Below are positions 39,401-54,400 of a DNA stretch of 64,000 bases, in pieces; position 1 is the first letter of the stretch; each line of letters opens with the position of its first letter. A model generated the notes under the pieces. The model worked only from the letters and a program-made list of their open reading frames with translations. It searched no databases and was not told the origin of the DNA. The stretch comes from Lingula anatina (taxonomy: Eukaryota > Animalia > Brachiopoda): positions 20,212,001 through 20,276,000 of the forward strand of contig CM120641.1 of NCBI GenBank assembly GCA_051362555.1, written 5' to 3'. A program made the translations under genes and the position numbers.

Positions 39401-42400
39401 TACAGTCTCAGCACAGATAAAATTCCTTGTCACACATATCAAACCGAGATTAAAAACTCACTAATTAACGAGCCGAAGTCTGTGGCATTTTGACACAGTC
39501 ATCAAATTTTTCATAAAACCTAAAATATAGATAAAAGCTGGTCACAGCATGATGCGAGTTATTTTTGTCTCGAGTCTTTTTAAAATCATGGAAACAGAAC
39601 GGTGAGTTTACTTTCATCTGAGCGTACAGCCACCCCTCTAGCATCGTACTCAAATCATACTGATAACCACTATGGCGCACATCAGATTGTACTGACCATG
39701 ATTCATTTTCTTTGCCATAGTCATCCATTCATATACCAACATAAATGCAGCTGATGTTCAGTCTAGATTAATTTGATTTTTTTTAAAATCCATTGTTTTT
39801 ATTATCATGTTTTATAATTATGGCACAAATCTATATGGATATCAATGGTAGAAATATTTCATGATTAGCATAGAAAACTTTTCACTTAAAGCAGGCAGTG
39901 AAGGTTTCTGTGGTCTATGTTCAAGTTCTATACAGATACTGGACACTAAAATTGAGTCTTGCCATCAGTAACTAATAATTATGCAAAGAGCTTATGTGTG
40001 TCTTACATTCCAAGAATCAAAGAAGACCCTTCTCCTTTTACACTGCTGGTCTCAACTGATACATTGTGTTTATCCAAGATGTAAAAACTAGAAGGGTGAC
40101 AAGGCTGTCTGTGATGAAATTATTAAGTGCCACTCAGCTACTAAGACTAAAAGATTTTGTAATGAGATCAGTGTGCGCGCATGTGTGTGCGTGTGTGCAC
40201 ACAATGCACGTGCATGCACATAAATGTGTGTATTTGGGTTTATTAAGGGATGGATACAGAGTAAACAGCATTATTATTATATCAGTATAGTACAATGAAA
40301 TGGATGCTGACACTTTTAACTACATAAAAAATCTAGTTTTCCCTTCGCCGTCTTTTCAAGTCAAAACTACACTTATTTAGAAAATATAGCCATAATAATT
40401 TTCCCATAAATACATGTGCTAAGGTCAAGGCTACATGCTGAAAACTGTCTAAAACGACAACCTGGCCTATTGTAGTCCTAAATAAAAAGAGCATTGGGCT
40501 TCTACTCAACATGTGAGAATGGGTCTAGACTTTGAGAGACTAAAGCAAACAAACAAACAAACATACAAACATGAGATAAAATTACTAATGTCTAATTTGT
40601 AAACAGTGTACTATTGAAATAAAACATACCCAGCATGAGAATCACAACTTTATCACCATGATCATACTTCTCTAAATGTCTAGATTCATTGCTCATCAGA
40701 TCATCAACAATAGAAAATGCCTAAATACCCTTAGAAACAAAGTGAATCAATTTTAAAAAGTATTCAGAAATACATGTTAATGTGTGGAGCTGGCAACCCT
40801 GTTGAAATCCAAGTCCTTCAACAAATTGCTTAGCTGTGAGGTATGTGTGCCTTGTTTTAACGGAAATTCACTTGGGCAGCTAGGTGTCTGTCAGCAAGCA
40901 TCTCTTAATAAACCCCTAATTACAGTAATTGAGGAGAAGCTCATTTGCCTATCAAGCCTGGATCAGAAAATTAAAAAGTACTGCAAGTTTGACATTCTTA
41001 AGTGAAATACTTGTCCATACGGCCTATGATGCACCAGCCTTTTACGCCAATTCAAGTCTCAATTAAGGAAGAAAGTACCGCTTCAATGAATTGGAGATAT
41101 AGAGATATTATAAGGAATTTTATCCATGTGCTCATTTCTTTATCTAATATAAAAATGATCCAAAACAGAACGGTACAATTATTTTTCTTATGAAACTGAT
41201 ATAAAATGAAACTACTGACATTTTCAGTGAAAACAATTAACGAGGCATGAAAACTAAAAGTAATAATGATAACATTTAAAATCATTGCCACTGGCCACTT
41301 GTATTCAAATTTCTTAAGTAAGCAAAAATGATAAACAGCAAAATCTGACTTCACCCTAAAAAAATTTTGATCAACTTGCCATTGTGTCTATGTCGGAGAT
41401 TTCTCTTGATGTATGACACCACAGCCTTCTTATCTTTCAGGAACAAGGAATTTCTTCCAGAATAAAACTTAAACAAACAGACTTGATTTATGTTACCCTT
41501 TGATATTAACCTAAATCATTCAAAACACTTTTTACTTCCCTTGATAAAAATAATGTATCTAATCAAGCCCGGTATGAAAAAGCCTGAAAATATGCACAGT
41601 AATAGTACAAGTAATAACAGATTATTATGAAACAACATGGTAAACACAATCTCGTTTGACCTTTAAATGGGGGATAAAGAAAACACAAAAACAAAAATTA
41701 GAAGCAAAAATGCAACTAAATTCTCACTGTTGTTGCATTCACTTGGCTTTTATGTGAAGTTGAGCTCATTCCTTCTGGGCAGACAGACTTTGGGATACCT
41801 TGAGGCAAGAACCATGTGCCAGTGCTTCTCTTTATGCTTATTCAGGGACTCATAGATATCATACAGGGTCAAGGAACCAGGTAGCATGTTACAATGCACC
41901 AGAAAGTAACTGTTCAGCCAATACGGGACCAGAAGGGAGGATACTTAAATTTTAAACCGACAGTTTTGCAACAGGCACCGGTGGAACTGGAACTTTATAT
42001 TCAAGTCACCTGTCGTGAAATTAACACAAAAATCATCCTTGCCTCACCGAGACACCAGAAGAAGCTGTGGGATTAAAGACAGTCATTACCGCCACTGCCC
42101 AGTAATTAATGCCAATTAGGAATGCTGGAGTGTAAAACAATGCTACTAGAACTGTTTTTTTCCCCACCACAGGTTGACACTTTTCTCTGACCAACATTTA
42201 TGATTTACTGCATCCTCCTGTCCGTTGAGTATTTGTGGTTGACCAATTAATCCCTAATAATATCAAGATTTCATGCATCTTCTGATCAATCTTATCTCAA
42301 TTCCGTGATGACGAATGAATTTTCTACATGTACCTGTTGCAACACAGATTTATCCAGCTGCGGCCCATCTCGGCCCAAATGAGACTGATTATGATCACAT

Positions 42401-45400
42401 GACCAAGGCAATGATGCCGCAGGGTAGTAATCATCTGCATTGATAGTAAAAATAATGATTTTATAGCAGACACTTTTGCATGTAGTGCTGGTGTTGAGAA
42501 CTCACGGGAGGTTCAGCACAGAAAATTCTCAAAGTTTTCAAACACCAGTCTAGAGGGTCAGCCATCATTGGGCCTGCGTTCATTTCATGGACTGTCTGTT
42601 CATAAAACTTTAGGATTTCTTAAACAAAATAGCGGACATTTTCCGACCCACACATTGGACATTGAAGGTGGGAAAGTCATGATCTTTGGTGTTTTTCTTT
42701 GACCTTTGGAATGAAAGGTAAGGAGCATTTGACATTTGGGCACTGCTTCTAAGGTTCAGTACTTAAATAACCGTCATAGCTTAGTGATACATTGTTGGAG
42801 TTTTATTCCAACTGTGGGTGAATACACTCCGGACAACTACAGACTTCTTTATTTTCCAAAAACTTTTTTAAAAACATATAGATGCTGACAAGGACTTACA
42901 GTTTTAAGTCAGGTAAGTGGAAAACTAAGTTTTTTTTTAAACAACATGTTCATGTATGTGCTTTTTTTATTTCAGGTGTTTAAAGATCTCAATTCTTTCA
43001 AAGTTTCTTAGTAGGGTCAGAAAAACCTAGGTGTTAGGGTATGTAAGCAGTTTACAATCAGATAATGTTGTTACCAGTAAGTCTGTTCAGTTATTTTCCG
43101 CTCTCGTGGACAGTCCCCTCTCATTTAGCATGCTAATTTTTTGATAAGGTGTTCCCAAAGTACTAGCCTACTTGACCAAGAAACAACCTAAATACCTCCA
43201 TTGCTTCATCAAATAGAGCATAATCTAACAACAAAATACAGGTACACTACACTTCACGATTACCTCCCCCCCCCCCCCCCCCCAAGAACTTCCAATTTCT
43301 CAAATCTACCACTATAAGCACATCTCGTCTGAAAAACTTTCTCACACTCAGCTCAGTAACACAAAGCCATTCACCTTTACATCTCAATATATTCTGTGCA
43401 TGTTATAGTACATAGTGGTTAACCCCTTGCTTTCTTCCCAAGCATGGGAATTCTCTATCTCTCTGCTGATCTAGTACTGTTATGTGGGATGTCACTGTCA
43501 CCGTCTTACCTGTACATAATTAAGCATTACATAGATGGGATAAGCACAGGTATTAATACATATAATATATATTTAATAGACTTTGGTATTCTCTACAGAG
43601 GGGTTGCTGAAATATATGAAAGAATCGTAGATCTTGGAATAAATAACAAATATGTAAACTTGTGTTCTTTATATGAAGACCTGCTATGATTCATACAGAC
43701 ATTTTGTTTTTCTACAATTTTCTACTAAGAAGCATAGCTTATCTATTATTTACCTGTATATTTTTTATAAGCCTCTCCTATCTTTTGGTAGGAACTTATA
43801 GACACAAAGAAAAATGAATCTTTTATACCACATTTCAAATCATATCTCCAAACATGTAATAGTGTTTCAGTCTAATATTTTTATAAGGAGTTACGATTTC
43901 TACAATTTTCTCATATTTCATAAGCTAGAGATCCAGATATCACATTTATGTCACAATTATGGACTTAAACACTGATACAAATGGGTCATTCCATTTTCCT
44001 TTGTATAGTCTAGGTTGCTCGTTTTCGGGATTAATCAATGGATTACTTAAATATAAAACATGACAAGCAAGCTATTTTCTACTACCAAATTCAGTTATAA
44101 TGAAATTTGACATCAACCTGTGAGATCGAGCTTGCCTAATCTGTCTAGGTCAGTCCATGTTTTCAATACTTCCATGAAACTTTTTGGGAGTTATTGGGCA
44201 GTAGTAAAATCTTTTTTATTCTTCTGCTAAGTAGGAATTATGGATTCAGATGTTATTAATATTTCATATGATGAGTAACTGATAGCAGGGTTAGACATAT
44301 CTACTAGACAGCTAGACATGGGCTAGTACTATGTATATCGGTATGCATAATTCTTCTCTCTAATACATTTATTAACTGACCAGATGGGGATAATGAAATA
44401 AATCTACCAGGCTTGAAGCCAACAATGTCAAAGAGGATGGCTGTGGTACTTTTTTCTGAAAAGAGTGGACCTTTTTGCCATAATGTCATAGAAGCTGGAT
44501 CAAATTTGGATTCAAAGTGGACCTTTTTTCATCTAAAAGGGCAATCTCTCTTGGCCTTAGGAAATGTCTACCTTTTGCTGGACATACTGGAAAGTTTTAC
44601 TACTAAGTGGTTCAGACCCTTTCTTATTGATATATGTAATTAGACTCTTCTAATGCTTTCAGATCGCAGCTTCAGGGATAGGAACCTCAAATGATACTCC
44701 TTGCCTCACATGGTTTAATATAAAATAAAGCAATTTTTTTTTCAAAAAAAAAAAAAAAAATTCTTTCCACATCAGAGGTTATACTAAGGGGTTCAAAACT
44801 TGGTATCATTCATGTGAAAAAATATACTATGGTATTTTCCTATTGAGGAGAACAGAAGTTTAATATTCATGCAGACAGACAGGAGCTGCTATCTCTGTAA
44901 CCTGGCAATTTAACAAGTGATTCTCCTCAGTGAAATATCTCCTCTGGCCATGGAGTTACAAGTTCTTTGCATAATAACCATTGCATGTGGAAAGCACCTG
45001 TAGCTGAAATCTGAAAACATAGGTACGTTTTACTGGGTTCCACGCTGTACATGTATCACTGGGTTGGCTTTGAATGTTTTTGGAGGTTATTTTGAAAATG
45101 GACAGATCTTCATGACTATATTGACTGGAATACCACCTTTAGAGGAAGATCTAGACTAATAGACAATATATACATTGTGGCAATTTTTTTTTCTGGCACA
45201 AGAAAATATTTATAACTTGGAGTGGTCTTTCAGAATAAATAAAGCCCTGAAAATGACCCACAAATCTGTGATACACATATCCATTAATGTCCAAGCTAAA
45301 AAAAAAAACTACTCTGAATTAGCAAAATACAGATTTTAATAAGCTATGTTAGTTTCTTCAGGTGGAAGAAGTTTAACATATCTAAAACACATACATGTAT

Positions 45401-48400
45401 ATATTACAAGGTGCTTTAAGCATATACCATTTGACATCCAAACAAAGTGGTATCTTAAGTTCATATCCAAACAGGCCTTATGAATTGCTAAAAAAGTCAA
45501 TTAGGTATCTAAAAATAGTCAATAGCAAACATATTTACAAGGTATAGAATATTCAATAGTTGTGTTGAAACACTCACCAAGATTGGGGTAATCAATAGAA
45601 ATCTAAAAACCCTTTAGTGTCTAATAGTTTGAAGTGCCCTGTAAAATATTGCCTAAAGTACCAAGACAAATTTACAAGGTGCTTTGAGGTAATCATTAAA
45701 TAGCTTTTTTTCAATTTGATTCAACAATGCATTCGTATAATAACAAACAGGTTGATAAAACTGCCATTTTCATTCATAAGCCAAAAGTGAAAATTTCCAA
45801 ACAATGTATGTTTTTCTTGACGTAATTTGGTGTTAGAGAAATCAATATTGAATTTTCCTCTAACAGAAGCCATTACGTTATTTTTCAGTTTACAGAATTA
45901 AATAAGTAGCTTGGAAGAATGTTATATAGTGCCCCCGTATGATGTGTTGAGGACTTGACTGTAGGACTCTGTATGTAGGTTGTATGAAGACTGTCTTCAT
46001 CATTCAGTCTTTCTTTTATTCAATAGTTACATACTGGTCTAATAGTTTGTGAAAAGTTTTCCTTTTCGGTTTCATAATTTACGTGCATCTTAAGAATATA
46101 TTTAACAAGCAATTCCCCCTCTCTAAATAATTATATATTGCTGACTTAGGATAACAAGAACAAAAGGAAAAAAAGAACAGCAAGTAAAACAATTCACAGA
46201 TGATCTCCTTTGCACAATATCATGCACAAAAGGCAAAGTTCTTTTGCAAAGCACTTTAAAAATTATGATGTTCAAATCAAACAGACTAAAATCAGCCGAC
46301 CAGCCAGACAGTCAACCCAAAAAAGTTGAATTACCTGTCAAGACCAAATATGTCAATAACAATGACATTTCCAACATTTTGGTAGGTCATTTTATTTGGC
46401 CAGCAAATTTCTTAAAGAAAATCCTGCATACTATTGGTTCTCCAAAACAGAATTTTTCAAAAACTATCCCCCACTTATTGGAGACAATTCTCTAAAAATA
46501 TCACACAATTAAAATCCAACTACAAAACCAAACAATGTCATTGCCTTTAAGGATCCACATACCATGTGCGTATGTGCATGCCTCAAACCCCAGGAAAAAC
46601 ATTTGTCATCTTGTCTTTATTTCTTGTTCAAGTCACCAGATAAATGCAATGACAAGGCTACCAGTGGATGACTAAGGGGGCAGGGAGGCAGGTGGCTGAA
46701 AGTGTAACTGTATGAAAAAAAAACATGCTGTTAAAATTTTTCCAGCATGTTAAGCACTCTACTCTTCGTCTGATAACAGTATCTAAATAAGAGGGGTGCT
46801 TGGAAGGATTGCCTTTGAGATAGCATCTTCTCTCTCACTCTCACCTGACTAATGGGGTTGGGCAGGAAAGCCAGGATATCAGATCAAGCCCACTAACGCT
46901 ACCTGACAACCCACAGAGGAAACAAAACCCATTCCCAGTAAAAAACAACAGCCCATATTCTTCATCACTTTATATCAATACCGATTCCCAGTGGCATATC
47001 GACCAGATCAAACAGACTAGACTGTGGTCACTTAAAACTGACCACATACTTGTGTAAGTGGACATGTGGTGACCAGTAAAGTGACCAGTGGAATAAGTGC
47101 TGTGACCCTAATCATTAAGAAATATAAATTCAAGTGAAAGGAATTCATAAAGGCTCATCTGCAGATAAAATAGGTTGTCTGTGTGTGTGGGTCTTCATTA
47201 TCAGCTCACTGGCCCTCCTGGACAAGCTAGCTTCAAGACTATTAACTAGAATAAATGTATGATAGGATAATTGGACAAGGGACCCTAATTACTACCTTAT
47301 TAGTCTGGTATCTTTGTCTTAACTAGCAGTTTGCTCTGTAGTACACTGGATTTACTGCTATTCTACAACTCGTGTGTGCTATGTTTTAAAATCCTGTTGT
47401 CAGATAATGATGTTTTAACTTAAAGAGTATTTAATAAAAAAAATTGATTAAAATGTATGTTTATCTCGGTAGTTATAATGGGAATATTTTATTTTTCTTC
47501 CTTGTCTGACTTGGGAGGAGGAGTTACATTAAAGCTTTGTCTACAACTCAGTTTGGTTCTCATGACATTTATATTCTGATTGGCTGACATTTTTAAATAT
47601 CATTTATTGGTCAGATTTATGGTAACATTACAAAAATAATGGGTATGTAAACCACAAAAAAATTAAAAGTAAATTTATCTAATCTTTAAAAATTAATTGA
47701 ATTTCCTCTTAAAAACAGTATCTGCTTCTCATATCAACCTAGTATTTTCTGAAATCATACTTCATAAATAATAATATATATACTCCATATATAAAAATAA
47801 TCTTAAATGCCCCAATGCATGTCAGACTCATCAAGTCTTCAATCTAAATACACATCACAAGTTCCTGTTTACAAATATGTTCACCTTCACTTCCGAAATA
47901 GAAACAATCCTCCTACTGCTTTCTTTTATTACTCCATGTCGCTGTCGTTAATGTGCCCGGTTTATGCAACAACAGTGTCAAGTGTGGCGAATTGTTCCTG
48001 GCACTGCTTATGCCACAGGAAAGATTGGGGCTCAACCTTCCTCGATGCACAATTGTGAGAATTAGCACAGATTACTGTTCTCACTCATGCAAACCAGGCA
48101 ACGCAGACTTTTTACGGTGACAGACATCACCTGACCTAGCACACAACTACCCCCTGATCCCGAAAAAAAAAAATACTGGTTGTTTGATTGTCAATAATGA
48201 TCCCTCCCTCGGGCGGTGGCTTTTAAAAATGGTCGTCCAGGTATTCTATTTATTTCTCTAAGGCAGAGACAAAGATTATATGGTTATGGTACGGGTGATA
48301 AACAATGAAAATGTGTTTTATGTCCTACCTGTCTTATAAAGACGTTTTATGTTAACGAAAGGTTTATTGCATAATTCTGAAATGAGAAAATAACAGACAT

Positions 48401-51400
48401 ACAAAACAGTCATGCTGCCTATATTAAAAATGGTAAAATATACCAATATCTACCAGTTCTTTTATAATACCTGTCCATGGAGTAAATTGAGGTGACACTT
48501 TACAAAAGTTTCAAATTTGGAAGATTCAAAATTTGGAAGCTCTTCAACCTTGTTCTTTAGGATATCCCTTTCAACCCCCTCCTTAATTGATTGTCTTGTC
48601 CCCCCCCCCCCCCCATTAACCCATAAATTCAGGCCCTTAGCCAGCAATTTCAAGAGGGGGATTCTTTTTCTGAAAAAGTGGACCTTTTACCATGAAACCT
48701 TTGTGTACCTAGATAAAATTTTACCCAGAATGAAACTTTTCTCAGTAAACAGGGGGGTGCTTTCAAACCCCCTGAACCCCCCTGGCTACTAGCCTGTAGT
48801 CATTCTCACCATCTGGTGCGGGTTTCAGACCTGTCAACTGGTCAATTATGGTGTTATCTGACATGCAAAAAAATCATATTTTGCCAAGTTGCTAAAGCTC
48901 ATAAAATTGTTTTGTTTTAATGCAATAAAATGGCAGGAACAATAGTGAAGGACGTTAAGTGGGGGAAAGACCTCAATCTTGCAACAATTTCCCCTTAGAC
49001 TTATTTTTCTCTACTATATGAAGACAAGATAATTCAAGATAAAAAACTGAATGGAAGAATAATAATTAATAAAAAAATAACAATAATAATAATAATAATC
49101 TGAAAAAGTAGTGCTTTTTTCTTGTCCCATATCCCTCTTTAAATGTGTATTAGAAGCAGCCTGCATTAAGTTTGGCAATAGTTCACAGCATCAATAAGTT
49201 CTTTCAGTCCCAAACCATTCATAAATTCTCTGAGCCTCAGACAAAACCCCCAATTCCCACCTAAGTGATTATTAGGTTCAGTGACTAAGTGACTGACAGC
49301 TATCGAACCCAGCAAAACCGAAATATTTCAATTCCAGTCTTAATGTTCCTCAGAAAATCACGCAATTCAAAGCTCAATCACTACAACTCAATTGGGCAGC
49401 CTCTGAAATGTGAAATCAATGAATTTTCTGATCAATTAAACCCAACTCATCACAAACTAACTAATTCATTTTAGCACGAACTACAACTCTTGAGATCATC
49501 AGACAGCGTGTGCATGGCACCAAAGGTCTCACCCTGGGCTAAGCTGAATCAGTTTTCCATGAAAAGCAATCCCAGTAATTAAACCTGGCCGCTGTTCAAT
49601 AAATTATTAATGGAGATTCTTCACACAATTGATGACTTGCACACTTCAATTTGATCTGTAGATTGCACATATGGAGAAGTACTACATGGACATGATACAC
49701 ACATAGACCCTGTTCAGAACCAGACCAATTCCAATCAAAAATTGACTAAAAACACATCATAAGATGACCAGATGACTCAGAAACACCCATGTTAAAACAT
49801 ACAAGTAATTCTGTGGTAAGTTAGTCAAGTTGTGAACCTGCCTGTAGGTTTTTTTTTTTTTTTTTTTAATATTGATACATCTACTATAATTGCTTTGCTT
49901 ATTCATTTTCCAAATGAACAAGCCCTCCAAGGAATGCAGGAGCTACTATAAATCCCACTACCATAGTAAGTGGTAGTAGTTGTAGTAACAGAAACTTACA
50001 TTAAATCTCTTTACAGTAACAAGGCTGAGAATCCATGTAATCACATCTAATTAACAGATATGTTTATTAGATGACCGGCATGTTTTAGAACACTGGGGAC
50101 ATATCTGAAGTAAAATGAGTTGTTTGATAGTCTAAAAATCAAATTTGTGGTCATTGTTTTATTATTCCATTTTTGTAACAAGTTTTAAACTGAAGACAAA
50201 GTATAAAAGTGAAACAGGTTACAGTGGACTTACTTATATTAGGTTGATGATTACAAAGAAATATGTAGTTTTGGGTAGTGATGTCATAGTTGGCGTGAGG
50301 GGGTAATTGTGTGCTTATAAGGATGCTTAAAAGTACTGGGGACAAATGTGAAGTAAAATTAGCTGTTTAATAGTCTAAGAATCAAATAGGGGTAACAGTA
50401 ATATAAGGAGCACTAGTCAGCAAGACAAACAAAGAAAAATTCGGAAAAAAAAGTTGAAAGCTAAGAATATTGATGATACTTAAGAAAAAAATCTAATATC
50501 TATGCCAGTAGAAATATGTGCTGAGGTTACAAGTGAGTGTCATTCCATGTAATGACTATAAAGAATGAGATTCCAGTGAGTTTGTACTTGTCAAGCATAC
50601 CAACATTTTCTCAGGTAACCTCACTCAAGGTTGCAGGAGATCAACTTCTTGCCATGTCATACTAAAATAAAACTAGATGAAGAAAAGAAAATAAGGGGCT
50701 AATGATATGGACCAATCTTTTGAACTCTAATTGCATAAGAAGTGGCTTGTAAACTTAAAAAAAAATCAGACTGCCTTTTAACATACGTACTCTAGTCAAA
50801 TCCCACCAAAAAAGAACATTTTCAGCTGCAAACAATTATTTTTTCTAACAAGCAGACATCACCCAGACAAACTTCTCAAAGATCAGACACTGACCTCAAA
50901 GTAATAATTATAATGGATATCCCAGACCAGCGTTACCTGTTATCTCTGCTACGGTAAGATAACAGCTTGGAGTAGTTGCTTGCTGTAACTTTGCTGTTCA
51001 TTATTGATGCTAATGAGACGCCACTTTTAACATTTTGCACATCATAATGACAGCTGAAAGGAGCACTAAGCCAAACCATTCTTCATCAAGTTTCTGTCTT
51101 CTTGTCTAACCAGACATTTACTTGAGGCAGGAGCTTTCATAAAACAGAAGAAAAGTTTATTGAGGGGATCAGACGGTTTGAAATTATTGATGTCAGTCTT
51201 TTTTTCCTAAATCTTGAAAATTTCATCACAGAACAAAATAATATGATAAGTAGATCATAAATGTAGGAAAATTGTCTCTTTACGGTCATTCAATAAAATA
51301 TATACTTTTCAACTAGATTTCTCTCCATCTTTGTATGAGCACACACACATATTTTGATGTGCATGAATGAACTTGATAACTTTTGCATGGAAATTTGGAG

Positions 51401-54400
51401 CTAGTACAGCAATGAGTTCAAACCTCTTCCCTCCATGGATCTTTGACAACATACTCTAACTGACAAAATACACTTCAACACAGCCAAAAATCAATTCTCC
51501 TCCTAGTTCTGTTAGGTAACACTCTAAAAACAACCACTTTGCCCATCTTTCTTAGTACATGAGAACACAAGTAGACATCTAGGAGGCAGAGGAGTGGTAC
51601 GTGAAGAACAGAATGCTTCACTGTAAACTATCTATTCAATTATGGATGGCATCATTGAGAACACATCAATTTCCAGTGCAAGTTATATATTAGTCCACTG
51701 AACTGTCTACTTTAAATTGTAATTTGTGATTAATTATATCTAACACCAAGTCTTAGAATCTGGGACAAGGGACTACTACTGGTTTTGGATCAAAATGCAA
51801 ATAACTGACTGAAAAAACTCTTAATTCACTTTAACATCTCAGTATTTCAACACTGTAACAACTGTTTTAATTTTTTTTTTTTTTTGAAGTTTCGTAACTG
51901 CATGAATTTATTTTCCCTAAAGTCAGACAAAAATTACCGCAGTTCTGTGTAAAGTCAAAGATGTTACAGTTTGTGACCAGTTGTTGTGAAGTCCCACCCA
52001 ATGCCTAATGTGACCTTTGTGTGCATGCTCGTCCTGCGAACCATGATTAGGTTTCTTTAGTCAATTAATCAGAAATGCGGAAATGATAAGGGAGGATGGC
52101 TTTGGTACCAAGCAGACGGTAAGATGAGTTTCATTGTCTTTTATTCACTTACGACATAACTTTTGATCAAAAATATCCAGTTATGATTTTTCAGCACTTT
52201 CTCTATGTAGATGAAACATAATATTAATGATTGCGTGGCATGAATCATGAGAAAAATTAGCATCCAATATGAGTAATGAAATAGAAGGTAAGCAAGGAGG
52301 ACCACAATAGATCAAAAACACTACATATCAAATGATAATTTTTTTCGGGCACTTTTCATCAATAATTCCATTACAAAAGATTTAAGTGGCCATTCAGTGG
52401 GGCACTTTAGTACAAGGTGTGGTAGAAAATTTCCCCACTTACCTAGATGAGACCTATGGTTGACCTACAGACAAAAAATACATTTAATTTCTAAAAAGCC
52501 TGGGCATATGATGTACCATAAAGCACGGATCATCCATCAACTGACCATAAGCAGGGGGTCATCTACAAGGGGCATTGCATGTACTTTGCCATTTGTCGCA
52601 CATCTCATCAATTTATACCTAGTAAAATAGTTCAAGCCACCCATGACTCTTCTGATCTCGGAAACTTCCACATAGTTTGTGGTTGTTTTGTGTTTATTTT
52701 CATGCTTCACCTCGAGGTATTTTGTGTTGCAAAACATTGCAAAGACACAGCTTGGCAGGATGGACTATATCTATCCATTATACTCAAGGGTCATGGTACC
52801 TTGTCTCCAACTTTGTCTAGTTGATGTTCAATAGTACTCTACAAAATACTATATAGTGTCTGTGACTGCAAGCTTGGGCCTAAGGCAGGGAACCGAGGCT
52901 GCATTTTTAAGCACCAAAAAAGAGCAAAATGATATTACTTTATTATCATTATCATACTGCCTCAGGTGTCCATTTCATGCAAAGCCCTACTTAAACATCA
53001 AATGGCATTAATATTGATATGAGCAAGCAGCAGTCTGGGCTGGTGCAGTGTGAGAAAGTGGTGAAGATCCTCAGCTAGGAAGAACAAATGGAATTCCTTT
53101 CTTAACCTTTAATGCTGCAGAGGAGGTGTGAGTAAGGGAAGGTTTTACATCACACATGCCTGGGGTTACATTAGGTATGTTGGACACGCACACGTACATG
53201 AGCACTACATAGGCATCGGGTAAAGATATATAGTATGAGTATGTGTGCATGTGTGTGTATGTGTTGTAATGGAGGATGATGATACCTTTACTTTCATTGT
53301 GGTTGATTTAAAATACTTAGAGCGAGAGCAGCATGTAAACAAGTGAAAATTACATTTTGAAAGCTGTACATAGGGCTGAACTGCCTATAATTTATATGTT
53401 CTCCATGGTGAGTCTAACTCTGTACACTTATGTCATCTCTAATTTATTTACTAACTCATTACTGCTCCCTCTCTCTTTTTCTTTCTCTCTCAAATGTACT
53501 CACGCAAACATTTTCTAGTTCTTGCCCACACTCACCAAACACACATATTCATGCAGTAATCAATCATCACAACAAATGATAAAATGTCATGGAAACACAC
53601 ACTGTCATCATGTTGGAGACACAAGGGAGGTTCCCGTCTCCATGTTACTGAGTGCATACTGCCATTACCCTATGTTTAAGCTTATATATCATGTCATAAC
53701 CCAGCACCCAATTCATCCTGGCAAAAACTGTCATATCCAATATTGATTTGTGTGGTGCCACCGCCAGAAGTCAGTGCCAGGACCCTCTACTGGAGGACTG
53801 CATTATTGATGAAGGTCTGTCAGATCACTGCTGTCCCCCCGATTGCCTTGTGTCCATACATGGACTGCTGCCATTGGCTGTGGTGATCTCTCCCTGATTG
53901 CCTTGTGTCCATGTGTGAACTGCTGCCATTGGTTATATCTCTGATGTTTGCGATTAAAAACATGAAAACTCATGTGAAATCTTGCTTCAAGGGTGCTCTC
54001 TTCAAAGGCAAACTTTTTGGAGCAGTGGAATGAAAAAGGGCTTTTAAGATCACTTTTTCGAGATAGTACTGGCATAAGACAATAAAATTTCAAAATATTT
54101 CATTTACTTTAGATAAGATGGAATACTTTTTTTAGCCACTAGCAAAAACTGTGCATGTTATTGTGAACTCACTATGATATTGCAGCTGCTTTGATGTTTC
54201 AGTAGTGAAGCAAAACATGAAATCTTTCTGACAAATAGTCAAAGGCTGATGACAATGAAATAACGTTAGTTGCACAATTTTTGACAGGAAAAAGAATGAG
54301 TTGCTAAAAAATAATCCCCGAGTATCTTCACAAAAAATTAGCATATTTTATGATTTTCAGACATTCAGACAATGGCATAGAGAGTTGATGACATGAGATA

